Shown: piece by piece, positions 50,732-62,558 of the stretch
Position numbering within the stretch: position 1 is the stretch's first letter
Layout of the letters: every line of letters starts with the position of its first letter
Source: Schmidtea nova
Taxonomy: Eukaryota
Direction of reading: 5' to 3'
Assembly (NCBI GenBank): GCA_044892505.1
Contig: CM097882.1
Span: 274,350,236-274,414,000 of the forward strand
DNA length: 63,765 nucleotides
The notes under the pieces: generated by a model
What the model was told of the DNA's origin: nothing
What the model saw: only the letters and a program-made list of their open reading frames with translations
The model's database searches: none
Translations under genes and position numbers: made by a program

Positions 50732-51184
50732 TAGTTGAATATAATTTATACTTAATTTAATTGCCTTTGTAAATAAATAAATATTAAGCTTAAATATTTA
50801 ATAATTAGTTTTTTATCCTTTTTGTAATTTAATCTTTATTTATTATTCAATAAGATTTGTAATCTTTCATTTATTTGAATTTTTACTGATCATTTATTAA
50901 ATATTAATAATAACTTAAAATTTCATTATAATCAATTACTTATATGTATTATTTAAATTTTTCATTATTTTTTCAAAAGATTTATAATACTCATTATTTG
51001 AAATTGAAATTAACGAAAATTTTAATGATTATTGTAATGATCAAGATTTGTGTGATTTATTTATTTTGGGATGATTTATTTAGTTCGTGTGTTGTATATT
51101 CCTTCCCCTTTTTGTCGATAATGTTTATTATTTTTTTGTATTAAATATTAAATTAAATATTAATATTAAATATTAAATTTTAAA

Positions 51185-51240
51185 TAATAAATTTGAATTT
51201 GGCTTACTATAGCAATTTGCTATAGTAAGCCAAATCACAA
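51185..51240. repeat. Palindromic dispersed repeat (TTTGGCTTACTATAGCAA-T-TTGCTATAGTAAGCCAAA)
   Basis: Perfect 18-bp arms; an inverted, diverged copy lies at ~61500-61545. Confidence 0.7.
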
Positions 51241-51796
51241 ATAAAAAATAATCAATTCAGAAAATATATTTAATTAAAATTTTACGAAATTCCTTGCAAT
51301 AGCTTTTTGCTAATTATATATCGACAATAAAGAACTTTATAAAAAAGACAAAACCTATTTTTGTGTGAAGAAAAATTGCTCAAAATTACAGACAGAAGTG
51401 GAACGTTACAAATCTGAAATTAAATCCTTACATTCAATTTATAAAAGAAATTTATAAAGAAGACAAAACCAATTACAAAATCAAACAAAAGAACTTATAT
51501 CCGTGAGTAAACTTATTTAAAACTGTTATTTTCAATAAAATTGGTTATAAAATTGGTTATAATTTTGTTATCGTTAATTGAGGTATCTAATTTTTTTATC
51601 CAGACATATTTTTTATTTAAACTCATCCACAAGCACATACTCAGCAAGCACCCAATCGTCCCCACAACAAGTTTTGGGAGACTCTTTTGGGTTCTTAATA
51701 TTCTCTTTTCACACTCTTTGACATTAATAAGCACCAAACTCATACTACACCGCTAAAACTAACCCATAATAATTATCATAAAGTCGTAATGATCTA

Positions 51797-53084
51797 CGTG
51801 GTGCACCCAATAAGTACTATCACTCATAAAGAAAGGCATTCTCAAAACTCAAGGTATTTTGAGGATTCAACAGAAACCCAACTTATAGTCTATTTCTCAA
51901 AATAATTTCCATACAGGTCCATACACTTTTTCCAGGTAGATGAGAATTCCAGGAAGGCTTTTGTGAAGAATTCTTGAGGCTTATTCTTGAAGAACTTCTC
52001 CACTGCACGAAGAATATTTTCTTTGTCAGTAAAGTGCTTGCTTCTCAAGCTTCTTTTCAAGTGGTATAACAAGTAAAAGTCCGAGGGAGCAAGATTTGGA
52101 CTGTATGCATGGTGCGTTAACAATTCCCACCCACAGTCCTAAATTTTTGATCTGGAAGCAGCACTTGTGTGAACCGGGGTGTTGTCATGCAAATAATAGA
52201 GCTTGCATACTCTGCTCTTCCGTCTCAGCTTTCTTGTCCTTTTCAACAGATTTGAGTAATAGGCAATGTCTATTCTCACACCATTTTCAGCGAAATCTGT
52301 AAAATTAATGCCTTTGTCGTACCAAAAACAGACAACATCAAATACTTTCGGTAAGTTGCTGATGACCTCATTTTTTTCGTAATAGACTTGAAAAGCAATT
52401 TCCACTTGAAGACTCTCTCTTGGACTCTGTGATGTATAAAGACAATGGTGTTTCGTCCTGAATTATGATATTTTCTAAAAAGCGCTGACGATACTGTCAA
52501 TAATTTTCAAATTCTCTTTACGACTTTCGAAACTATTAAACTGCAATTCAGCCGTTAAAAACTATGGCAAGAACCGAGAACATAATTTGCGAATCCCGCA
52601 AGAGGCAACGAGAGAAGAAACAGTGCTTTTACTAACATTTAGACGAGATGTCAACTCTCTGCTGGTAATTCTCTGCTCTGACTGAACGATTTTAACCAGC
52701 TTTTCAGTTATTTCTCCATTAAGTTTTGGCGGCCTTCCACACTTCTCTTCATTCACAACTGACGTTCTGCCATTCTGAAATTTACTGTACCGACGATATA
52801 TTGTGCCTTTTGATGGACATTCTTCTTGGTAAATACCACGTAATTCAGAAGTAACTCCTTCACGGTCCATTCCCTTCAAAACGAGAAAGCGGATGACACT
52901 GCGATTTTGAACTGCTTCGTGAGACATTTTTGAATTAGTTCTCTGAAAACAAACAAAAAATTGGAATATAATCAAACGAACTAATATTTCTATACTTATA
53001 TAAACACAAGTATATGGGTAAAATTTTGATTTACATGTCATTTTTATTTCTATATAAGTGACAGTACTTATTGGGCGCACCACG
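51797..53084 (-). mobile_element. Full-length mariner element (1288 bp), transposase frameshifted
   Basis: TIRs CGTGGTGC(A/G)CCCAATAAGTACT with TA on both sides; HTH ...RSVIRFL...YSKFQNG...GRP; LHDNTPVH; YSPNLAPSDF. Confidence 0.93.
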
Positions 53085-53086
53085 TA

Positions 53087-53770
53087 TTTAGAAGAATCAA
53101 AAGGAATATTTCCATATAACTTTGTCACTAGTCAAAAAGTTCTGGAAACAACAACAAAGTTGCCTCCGATCTTGGAAAATGTTTCTGAAGAAAAATATGA
53201 AAAGGCCAAACATATATGGGAAGAAAATAGTTGTGAAACATTGGTGGATTATCAATTAATTTATTTGAAACTTGACGTGTTTCTTTTAGCTGATTTCTTT
53301 CAGCAATTTTGAGCCAAGTCCATAGCTCATAATAGATTGGAACCATTGAACTTTTACGGAATCCCTGGAATATCTCGGGTATCACCACTTATGACTAAAT
53401 GAACTGATAGAGTTAATACATGAAATGTAAATCTAACTTTTATGAAGGAGAAATTCGTGGTGGTCCTACTTTTGTAAACAAGTATTATGTTAAATTAGGT
53501 GAAACTACATAGTTATTGTATATAGACATCAATAACTTTTATGCATGGGATTTAAGTCAATACTTGCCGTGTGGAGATTTTTATTGGGTTCATTCAGATC
53601 TAGATAAAATCTTAGAAGAATGTAGAATTAGAAACGCTTCCATATGGTTATACCGTAGAAGTTGACTTAGAGATCTCTTAAGAAATTCATGTAGCAGCTG
53701 AAAAGATGTGTGCTCTAGGATCTAAAGTAGAAAAGCTGATGTTTACTCACTATCCAAAGAAAAGTTATAT
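53087..53770 (+). pseudogene. Degenerate pPolB fragment from a second, related Polinton
   Basis: KGIFPYNF...LKLDVFLLADFFQQF...PLNFYGIPG...IRGG.TFVNK...LLYIDINN.YAW...KVEKLM.THY, colinear with 34130-34830. Confidence 0.85.
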
Positions 53771-54049
53771 GTTAGATAAATGTTAGATAATTATTTAGTT
53801 TTATTTATTTATGTGTAATAAATGGGATATAAGCTAAACTAATATTTTAAAGCACAGTTGAAACAAACTGCGACCCGATATCAATTAAAACTCAATTGCA
53901 AATAATGCATAATGAAGAAAAGTTAGAATAATTTGTCAAAGACTTTGTGGAAAATAAAATAATAGATAAATGTAAATAACCTTGGAGAAAAGAACTTTTG
54001 ACATTAGAATGTGTCTAGATTTTAAAACTTTGAATTCAAATACGATTAG

Positions 54050-54440
54050 ACCAGCTTTTCCAATTCCAAATGTCGTTAGGATGCATGATTCTCTAAATGA
54101 GTGAAAATACTTTTCATCGAAAGATTTAGGAAATGTTTATTATCAAGTTGAATTCGATAAAGAAAGTGAATTTAAAACACCACTATCAAAAAGACAAGGT
54201 CAATTTTTCTTTAAAAGAGCACCTTTTGGAATAGCAGCTGATCCATCAGCGTTTCAAAAACTAATTACATTGAAAATTTGAACTATGATGTGAGATTAGG
54301 CATTGATCTATTTAAAAGATATTTGATTTTTTTTAGAATTCAGTTGAAGAACACAAGGAAAGAATTAATGAAGTTTTTCTTACGATTTGAAAGACTGGAC
54401 TTAAAAGTTTTTAGAAAGTTTCTGGGTCAAATAATTATTA
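54050..54440 (+). pseudogene. Gypsy reverse transcriptase remnant
   Basis: AFPIPNV...KYFSSKDL..VYYQV...FKRAPFGIA..PSAFQK; YLKD in place of YLDD. Confidence 0.8.
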
Positions 54441-55428
54441 AGGATATAAAAAGAAAAAACTACTATTGATACAGAAAAATACAGTATAGAATCAAGAAAA
54501 AATGAAATATTAATGAATATTAAATCAATGAATCGTATCAATTATCATCAAGAAAATAGAATTCATAGAACGTTTAGTGCTTGTGAATTAGTACGCTAAG
54601 ATATTATGAATTAAGAATTAAGATATCCGAAATAAACAAGACAATAGATATTGTTTACCTTTTCAAATAATGGAAAGAGTTCATAAAATAGTTATTTGTT
54701 AAGGAACGGCGATGGTTAATTTATGAATATAAATGTAGAATGGCTAAAGCCTTGATGTTATGTGAAGGGAGTCGGTATTTGATTGTTCTGGTTCTTAGGC
54801 TATCTTTTGCAAATTATTTTAACTATTGATTTGGAATGTCTAGGGCTATTTATTTCTATTACAATGTCGAAATCCTTTGGCCGCAGATGCTGTCCAAAAG
54901 TGTTGTTAATACTAGAAAATGTTTAACTTTCGAAATATTGGGGCCATAGAATTAAGTAAACAATTAAATAGAGTTTTGGACCCGCAATAAACTGCACACG
55001 GCGGTAAAGGGTTAATGAAAAGAACATTATATCTAAATTTCTAAGGTTATGATAATCCACTTAGTCGCGCCTAGCTGTGGCCATAGTAAAATTAAAATAA
55101 AATAAATTTTAATTAATAAGAGTTGATGGGATTTTGATTAGTATAAGGGATTTAGAAGCAAAAACTAAAAAAAACAAGGGGATTTGTAAAAAAATTAATG
55201 AAGGATAAGAAAAATTTATTTAAATGATTGTTAAAAAATAGTTCGACAAATAATGTTTTGTTTTGTCGAACCAGTGAAATAATTTTTTGGCGATTTATTC
55301 GCTTTAGTAAATTTAAAACTGTAATTTTTTGAAAAATAACAAAATTTGAAATTTGAAATTTGTTTGGAATTTTAAAGAAATTTTGATAATAATTGTACGA
55401 TATTCATACGAATTTGAAATTTAATTCA

Positions 55429-55950
55429 ATGTGTCTAGTAACACTATTGGCATAAATTTGAGTACTAACTATGCATGCGTTCAAGTGCTCAACATGGCAA
55501 AGTGGAAATTATTGCTTACGAACAAGGAAATCGTACAACTTTCAATTATATAGAATATACCGATACAGAGCGATTGATTGGAGATGTTGCAAAATACGAA
55601 GTTGCAATGAACCCAAATAATAGAGTTTTTGACGCTAAAAGATTGACCGGCCGCAGATTTGAGGAACCGTCAGTGAAGACTACCGGGATCTTGAAAGTTT
55701 AAAGTCGCAGGCAGAAGATTGCTTACTGAAAAGCAACGTAACCAAATTCCTTATCAAATGAGAACCTTCGCATCTGAATTTGTTTCTATCAAAAGTCGTT
55801 ATTGGTACTTCATTCGTCAATTGCACAAAGTGAAGAAAGGAAACGATGAAATTAACGATTTCAAAGAAATTCACGATAAGAGATCAACGCCTGTCAAAGA
55901 TTTCTGAATCTGGATCAAATTCTACAGTAGAAGTGGTATTCACCAACTTT
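55429..55950 (+). pseudogene. HSP70: HSP70 pseudogene fragment (N-terminal ATPase start, probable large internal deletion)
   Basis: [11 protein letters not shown]...[17 protein letters not shown]...[29 protein letters not shown], with frameshifts. Confidence 0.85.
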
Positions 55951-56837
55951 AAGAAAGCTACAGTATATGCATCTATCAAGAGCTGCAACAAGTCCATCTC
56001 TATAAAGGTGTATGTGAGAAAGCTTTATCAATCGTGAGCAGCCTTGTCAATGATGTGTTTGATAGAAAGGAGATTCCGAATGCTAAAATATTTATCTTGC
56101 ATGCGAAAACCACCACTTGTAATCTAAATTGCTAACCATTTGATCTTTGCCATTATTTATGATCAGTTCTACGTCTGTTTCTTGTCAACCAGCACCGTCA
56201 GGTCCCATATCGCTTTAGTTCTCTGTAAAGTAAAATTTCCTACAAGCCTCCGTTAAAATAAATTCGAATTTCTAGAATAATATCAAAAATTTTTTACTTT
56301 GAATTTGTTGTCACTAATCAAATATTTTATGTCACCTTTGCCAACCTTTTATGCATCTCTTTAACTAACCTATCCTTTAAATACATTCGAGATATAAAAA
56401 TTTAATTTAAATTTACATTTAATTATATTTTTCCCTATAATGATTTTAATTACTATATAGTACTGATTATAGTAAGTAGATTCGTAACTGACGTTAAATG
56501 AATTTATTATAAAATTATTATTTAGAATATTAATTTTTTCGCTGAAATATAAGATATTACCCGAATATATAAATTACATTGATACACAATATTATAAAAG
56601 TAGCTGGTTCTGGAGCGGCTATTGCGCTAATGTAAAAGTTATTATAAATTATTTTTTTTATTGTTAAAAACATCCTTTAAAAATTTTATTTTAAAAAAAC
56701 TGTTAAACTTTAAAAAATTAAATGTTTTTAACTCTTCCGAGGTTTAACCATTTTTATAAAATTTTCAACAATTTAATAGATTTAGCGTTACGCACAAACA
56801 GACAAACACTACTGGAGTATATATATATGTGTGTGTG

Positions 56838-57367
56838 TATGGGGATTGCCAGACGTCCCGGTTTTCAAGTCAATGTCCCGGTGTCCCGAAAGAGGTTTTC
56901 GGGACGCTCATTCGTCCTGGTTTAAATTTCTTTTAAATCAAAGAAATTCGAAAACGTTGCGCTTTTTTTCTTTTAATTTTTACGTCGATGTATTTTGCAG
57001 GGATATATTTTTTGCTGGGTTTTTATAAATAAAACGTAATAAATTTTGAATCAACATTTTGCTGGACTTAACCATAACATTAGCGATGTTATGTGTTACT
57101 TTGTGTGTAAATTTTTAAGTTTTATAAATAAACGATATATGCAACTAGAAATAATTTAGTATACTTGTGTTGCTTCCTAATAATAATAAATTTTTAATTA
57201 CTGTGATTATAAAATATATAAATATATAAATAATATTTCAAAATTGGTTATTATTATAACATACATAAATTATTTAAATTCTCTGCTTTTTAAATAGTTG
57301 TAAGTAGGGTTGCCAGGCATCCCGGTTTTCCGGTATTGTCCCAGTTGGTCGTTTTAAAAATCTGGCA

Positions 57368-57373
<6 letters not shown>
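56838..57373. mobile_element. Non-autonomous hAT-like element(s) with TAGGGTTGCCAG-type ends
   Basis: gggattgccagacgtcccgg (~56842), tagggttgccagg (~57304) and ctggcaacctta (~57362-57373). Confidence 0.4.
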
Positions 57374-57409
<36 letters not shown>

Positions 57410-58262
57410 AGCATTTCGAATAATTCATTTGTCAATCGTGATGCTGGTCATGTGAATTACCCTGTGGACATAAAAATTGAATCCTAAGGATTATAATATG
57501 CGCCTATTTTTTTCTGGTTTATGTAGTAGCCAAAGAATAGATAAATTATAAACTTAAGTGTTCTTAATTTATCATGGAACTGTAAGTTGACAGTGTTCAG
57601 AAATCCGCCATAAACTTTCAGTGACATCAAGTTATATACCAGGTTTTCATACAAGTAATTGTCCCTAATAAGTTGTTAGGGTTGAACAAAAAATACAGTA
57701 TTTATTAATAATCAAACAATGTAAAAATTATTATTTTCGGCAGGTTAAGTGAAAAAAATGACAGGGCCTGTGTCATAAATTGTCACCTGCGCGAGTTGTT
57801 GTATTGTCGTGTTTTTGTCAGTGATCGTCAGAGTGTACGCAATTAGTGGTCTTTAACGGGGCGACAAAAGGTTGAAGATTATCGGTGTAAATAATTAAAT
57901 AAATAATTTTATTTTCACAAAAATAGCGACCTTTTCAAGAACACAATCACAAATCTCAATTAAAATAATAAATTATCAAACACAACAATTAACAAAAAAA
58001 TAATGATATAACGAATAAAAATGAATATTATGTCTCTACCTAACGCGACCAGGTAAACACGAAATAAAATAAAAGAATTATTTTAAAATGAAAAATTATC
58101 AAACAGATATTTAGTTATTTTTCCATAAATATAAATGTAAATTTATAATAAAATTTATAAAATTAATAAGTTTTCATTTTTTTATAAACACTAGATCAAA
58201 ATTTTTTTTAAAAATTTGTTGATGTAGTCTTTATAAAAAATGAAAAGAAACTAAAATATTAA

Positions 58263-58480
58263 CCCTTAAATTCATGATTTTTTGTTTTGAATTTTAGAAT
58301 ATAGTTTTATATAGTCAAAAAAATATAACTTACTGCCTAAAGTAATGTCAATTTTTTTTATCTCACATTAGACTTATTGTCTGTTTACCGATGTGTGTTC
58401 GTAAATGCGTACACTCAGCTTTTTGATAAAATTAAATAAAACTGGAATGTAGACAATTGGCAACAAGATGCATTTAAGGG
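58263..58480. mobile_element. piggyBac-derived MITE, 218 bp
   Basis: TTAA on both sides; TIRs CCCTTAAATTCAT / ATGCATTTAAGGG. Confidence 0.8.
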
Positions 58481-58865
58481 TTAAAGGTAAAAATAAAAAT
58501 AAAAGATTTTAAAGATAATTAACAAACTATTTCAGATGAATTCTACGAATTTCTTTGCAAAATCATCAGTTTCGTCAAAATTTATATTTGTTTTAATGTT
58601 GCATTCTATCACTAAAATAGCTCAAACTGTTAACCATTCTTGGGCTATTGAAAACCTTAAGTAATTTTTAATAAATTTAACTTTAAAAATGATTGTTCTA
58701 TACTAGTAAACAGTCATAAAAAGAGTTAACAGAATTTGCAGTGATATAAACACTTTAGGAAATTTTTCAGTCAAATGATTTTTTTATTTATAATTCTAAA
58801 CTTCCAATGGTAACATACCTACTTTTAAAATAGTTTTAAATATTAAGAATTTGATATAAATAGAG

Positions 58866-59739
58866 CAGTGGTTTCCAACCTTTTTGTACCGGCGCCCCCC
58901 TTTTAAAAAAAAAGTTGGTGCGACATCTTTAAAAAACAAATTGTTGCGTCCTTCTAATTTATCTAAAAATCAAATTATATAAATACTCAACTGATATTAT
59001 AAATTTTATTTAATGGGCTACAAAATAATATACAATATTATGTAAAAATATAATATATTTATTATAAGAAATATAATAACAAAACAAAAAAAAGAATATA
59101 TAATTAATACTACTACAACATAAAAATTTAATGCGACGGTTGAGCTTGTTTTTCAGCACAAATTTTCTCAAACCATGGTATTATTGAAGAAATCGCGGTT
59201 CTCAGTTCCTTTTCAATCATTAAGCGAGATCGATACTTTGTTTTTAAGAGAGCTACTGTAGAAAAACCAGTTTCACATAGGTAAGATGTTACAAATGGCA
59301 ATAAAATTTAAATGGCAATAAAAAAATTTCTATTCTGAATGGGTATAGTTAAATTATAAAGACATAGTAATAGGTCTCCGTAGGATTTCCCACCCTTAGG
59401 TAACAAAAAAAAACAAAGATTCTGTTTACTGAAGTTTGGCGCGAGTAAGCACGAGAATACCCGGGTTGCTGCGAATGCTTATCTTTTGATTCCACGCCCC
59501 ACCGATGCTCGGCTCCAAACGCGAAAGCGAGATATTTCGTTCCAAGAAGAGTATGGATGGGATGTTTTAACATTTGTACCCAAAAAATTCGCGGCGAGGA
59601 TTGTGGATTACGTATACCGCTGATTCATTTTTTTGACACCTATTCGACTTTTTTGGTTTGTATTCGAAAATGATATTTTGGAAACAGCTGCATGCCCCCT
59701 TGCCACAGTCTCACGCGCCCCACAGGTTGGAAACCACTT
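58866..59739 (-). mobile_element. Internally deleted hAT/Buster derivative
   Basis: TIRs CAGTGGTTTCCAACC / GGTTGGAAACCACTT; TSD AAATAGAG on both sides; retains the transposase C-terminus (LPFVTSYLCETGFS...QAQPSH*). Confidence 0.9.
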
Positions 59740-60299
59740 AAATAGAGGCTATTTCCGGTCTGAAACACTACCCGTTGTATGAATGTTATGCAATCGCTTG
59801 GATTTTGCAGAGTATATGGATAATTCACTATTATGTAATATTCGAGTTCAATATACCATACAAGATTATATAATTACCATGTAACATTTATCGGCCTTAT
59901 GCATCAGACCAACAACCTTCAAAGAATTGAAATTCATTCACGATCGAAGACAAATTATTTTATGGAGGCGTTTAACATCCACCTCCCTAGACAACGAATT
60001 TGCTCACACAATCGCAGAGGAAAGTGTTAACCATATCGCTCAGGATGGACCCCGCCAATGTATCGCTAAGGGATCGAATTTAGGTTCATCAAATCTTTTC
60101 ATATCGAAACATTTTGTCTGTGGACTAAAAGTGGTAGCGTGTATATAAACGTTATGTGTTGACTTTAAAATTGTATAATTATGTATGTAATAATAGTCAT
60201 AAATCCCGTTGTAGCAAGGGAGAGAGACGGAATCTATATATTAGAAATTAAAATTTGCTTATTAGTTTTGTTATACAAACATTTACGGGTTAGAACTTT

Positions 60300-60870
60300 G
60301 CTTAGGAATATCAGGTATAACCATCAATCACGTTGTTATTGTTCGAGAAAAACGAGAAAGAAGTATCCAGGAGAGAGAGAGAGAGAGAATGAGCAGATAA
60401 AACTCCAGATCACCAGGTTGTCAATAGGAAGCACTAAACTGCAGCGTAAATTATTTACCCCCGAACAGATGAAGCCCCAAATCATGCGTACCGAACGAGC
60501 CAAGCGTGCAACATCTGAGGTCCAAAAAGAGCTGGACGCTGTGAAGATAGAATTGAGCAACTTTCTTAATAAGGTAACGGGGTCATACATCGAATCCAAA
60601 CTGCGGTTGTGCATCTGGCCTTCGATTATCAACATTGGACGGAAGTCGAGAGAACCAAACAACTGGTTGGAACTGATACGTCTGAATTACTCGCGGAACT
60701 GCCTTTCCTCCCGAAAGCCTCAGTACAAAATAGAAGTGTTTCCATAAGCGGCTCAAAGAGAAAGCGTATCGGATCTAAACGCCGAAAGCAGAAGAAGGCA
60801 TGGGCGCAACATCTAACGTCTCGAACGATCGCTTAAGGGATTTAGTCGAACTAGATCTGTTAGCAGAGAT
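60300..60870 (+). pseudogene. Third, diverged homologue of the LTR-encoded protein, frameshifted
   Basis: FTPEQMKPQIMRTERAKRA..E...ELDAVKIEL...VT.S; after the shift DYQHWTE...GTDTSE...KRKRIGSKRRKQKK. Confidence 0.75.
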
Positions 60871-60897
60871 TATCCCGCTGTAATCGAAATCCCACGT

Positions 60898-61038
60898 TGT
60901 GATTTAATATATATTATTATGTTTAGTGTTTGTTAGTTAATGTTAAGTATAATAGGAGATGTTGTAGTGCCCGAGAGAGTCTTACAAAAACAGTGTGTAG
61001 ACACTCGGGGTGCTTGCTGTGTAATGCACAAATTTACA
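60898..61038 (-). mobile_element. Short (~140 bp) solo LTR related to the LTR at 62559
   Basis: Reverse complement shares acacagca.gcaccccgagtgtc...gactctctcggg..ctacaa with 62559-62660. No clean TSD; a further degenerate copy lies at ~51630-51750. Confidence 0.5.
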
Positions 61039-61124
61039 ATAAATCCAAAAATAAAAAATAATTAACAAACAACCAAATTCCAATAACAAACTATATTTTG
61101 TAAAAGAAAAAACACTTCACTCAC

Positions 61125-61366
61125 TTAATCAGTTAATCGTTTCTGGATTTGTGACTTTTGACTCTTAGAATACTCCTTTAATCAGTTAATCGTTTCTGGA
61201 TTTGTGACTTTTGACTCTTAGAATACTCCTTTAATCAGTTAATCGTTTTTGGATTTGTGACTTTTGACTCTTGGAATACTCCTTTAATCAATTAATCGTT
61301 TCTGGATTTGTGACTTTTGACTCTTGGAATACTCCTTTAATTAGTTAATCGTTTCTGGATTTGTGT
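61125..61366 (+). repeat. 53-bp tandem repeat, ~4.5 copies
   Basis: Unit ttaatcagttaatcgtttctggatttgtgacttttgactcttagaatactcct. Confidence 0.95.
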
Positions 61367-62065
61367 TCATCTTCTGTTGAGTGTTATATTAAACATTCCA
61401 CATAATTCGACTAATTCACGTTGGGAAATTGAATTTAAGATATATTTCTTTATAGTAATTTTTTTAATGTTTTAAAAACAATCAATTTCATTAATTTGTG
61501 TTTTGGCTTACTATAGTTATTTACTATAGTAAGCTGAATTCAAATTCATAATTTGAATTGTAATAATTAAAATTATTTCACCTAAAAATAGAAAAATAAA
61601 AATTAACAACAAAAAGGGGGGTTCCGGTATACACAATACCATCCACAATAATAATAAAAACAGCCATGCCAATCATTCATGAACACAACATATATATATT
61701 GTGGATGTCCTATATTATGGTTATTTTATTTTGTTGTTACTCGTTTATGAGATTGTAAGCGCCGTCATTACTATGGATGGTGCCCTAGCAGTCACCAGGA
61801 ACCCCCCTTTTTTCTGGTGTATGCAATTTTTTATGATTATTATTATAATTAGGTAATAATTAAAAAAAATAAATTTAAATTTAAATCAAAATGTAATCAA
61901 TTCCTATAGTAATAAAAAATTACTATAGGAATTAGAAATTACAAAACAAATCAGAAATAAAAAAATTGATTTTAAAAATTGTAATTATATTGTCACAGTA
62001 AACTGAAGTGTATTAATTTATAAATAAATGAATTTCTTCTATTTCGAATTGGAATAATATTAAAA

Positions 62066-62415
62066 CTGAAAAGAGAAAGCCAAGTCATTGAATCTCCTAT
62101 TCCGAAATATTTCGTAAACGAAGTCTGAAAAGAGAAAGCCAAGAAATTGAATTTCCTATTCCGAAATATTTCGTAAACGAAGTCTGAAAAGAGAAAGCCA
62201 AGTCATTGAATTTCCTATTCCGAAATATTTCGTAAACGAAGTCTGAAAAGAGAAAGCCAAGAAATTGAATTTCCTATTCCGAAATATTTCGTAAACGAAG
62301 TCTGAAAAGAGAAAGCCAAGACATTGAATTTCCGATTCTGAAATAGTTTGTAAACGAAGTCTGAAAAGAGAAAGCCAAGACATTGAATTTCCTATTCTGA
62401 AATATTTTGTAAATC
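62066..62415 (+). repeat. 59-bp tandem repeat, ~6 copies
   Basis: Unit ctgaaaagagaaagccaag...ttgaatttcctattccgaaatatttcgtaaacgaagt. Confidence 0.95.
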
Positions 62416-62558
62416 CTAGCCAATTTTATTTATACTGAAGATTGAGCTGTTTTCTCCGAAACACTATAAAGTAACTTCTGTAAAATTGTATATTTGACAA
62501 TATCTTGTTATAGTTAATAATTAATTTATCACTTTGTTTATTATTTTATTTTGTCACT

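Noticed and set aside
55429-55950. HSP70 as Polinton cargo
   Set aside because: It lies 17 kb outside the right TIR.
59834-61038. Single 1.2-kb solo LTR containing the third ORF homologue, which would make the ORF antisense to gag
   Set aside because: The flanks match only imperfectly (ATTA/ATAA), and the right 140 bp equal the full short LTR seen at 62559, so an independent adjacent insertion is more parsimonious. The boundaries remain unresolved.
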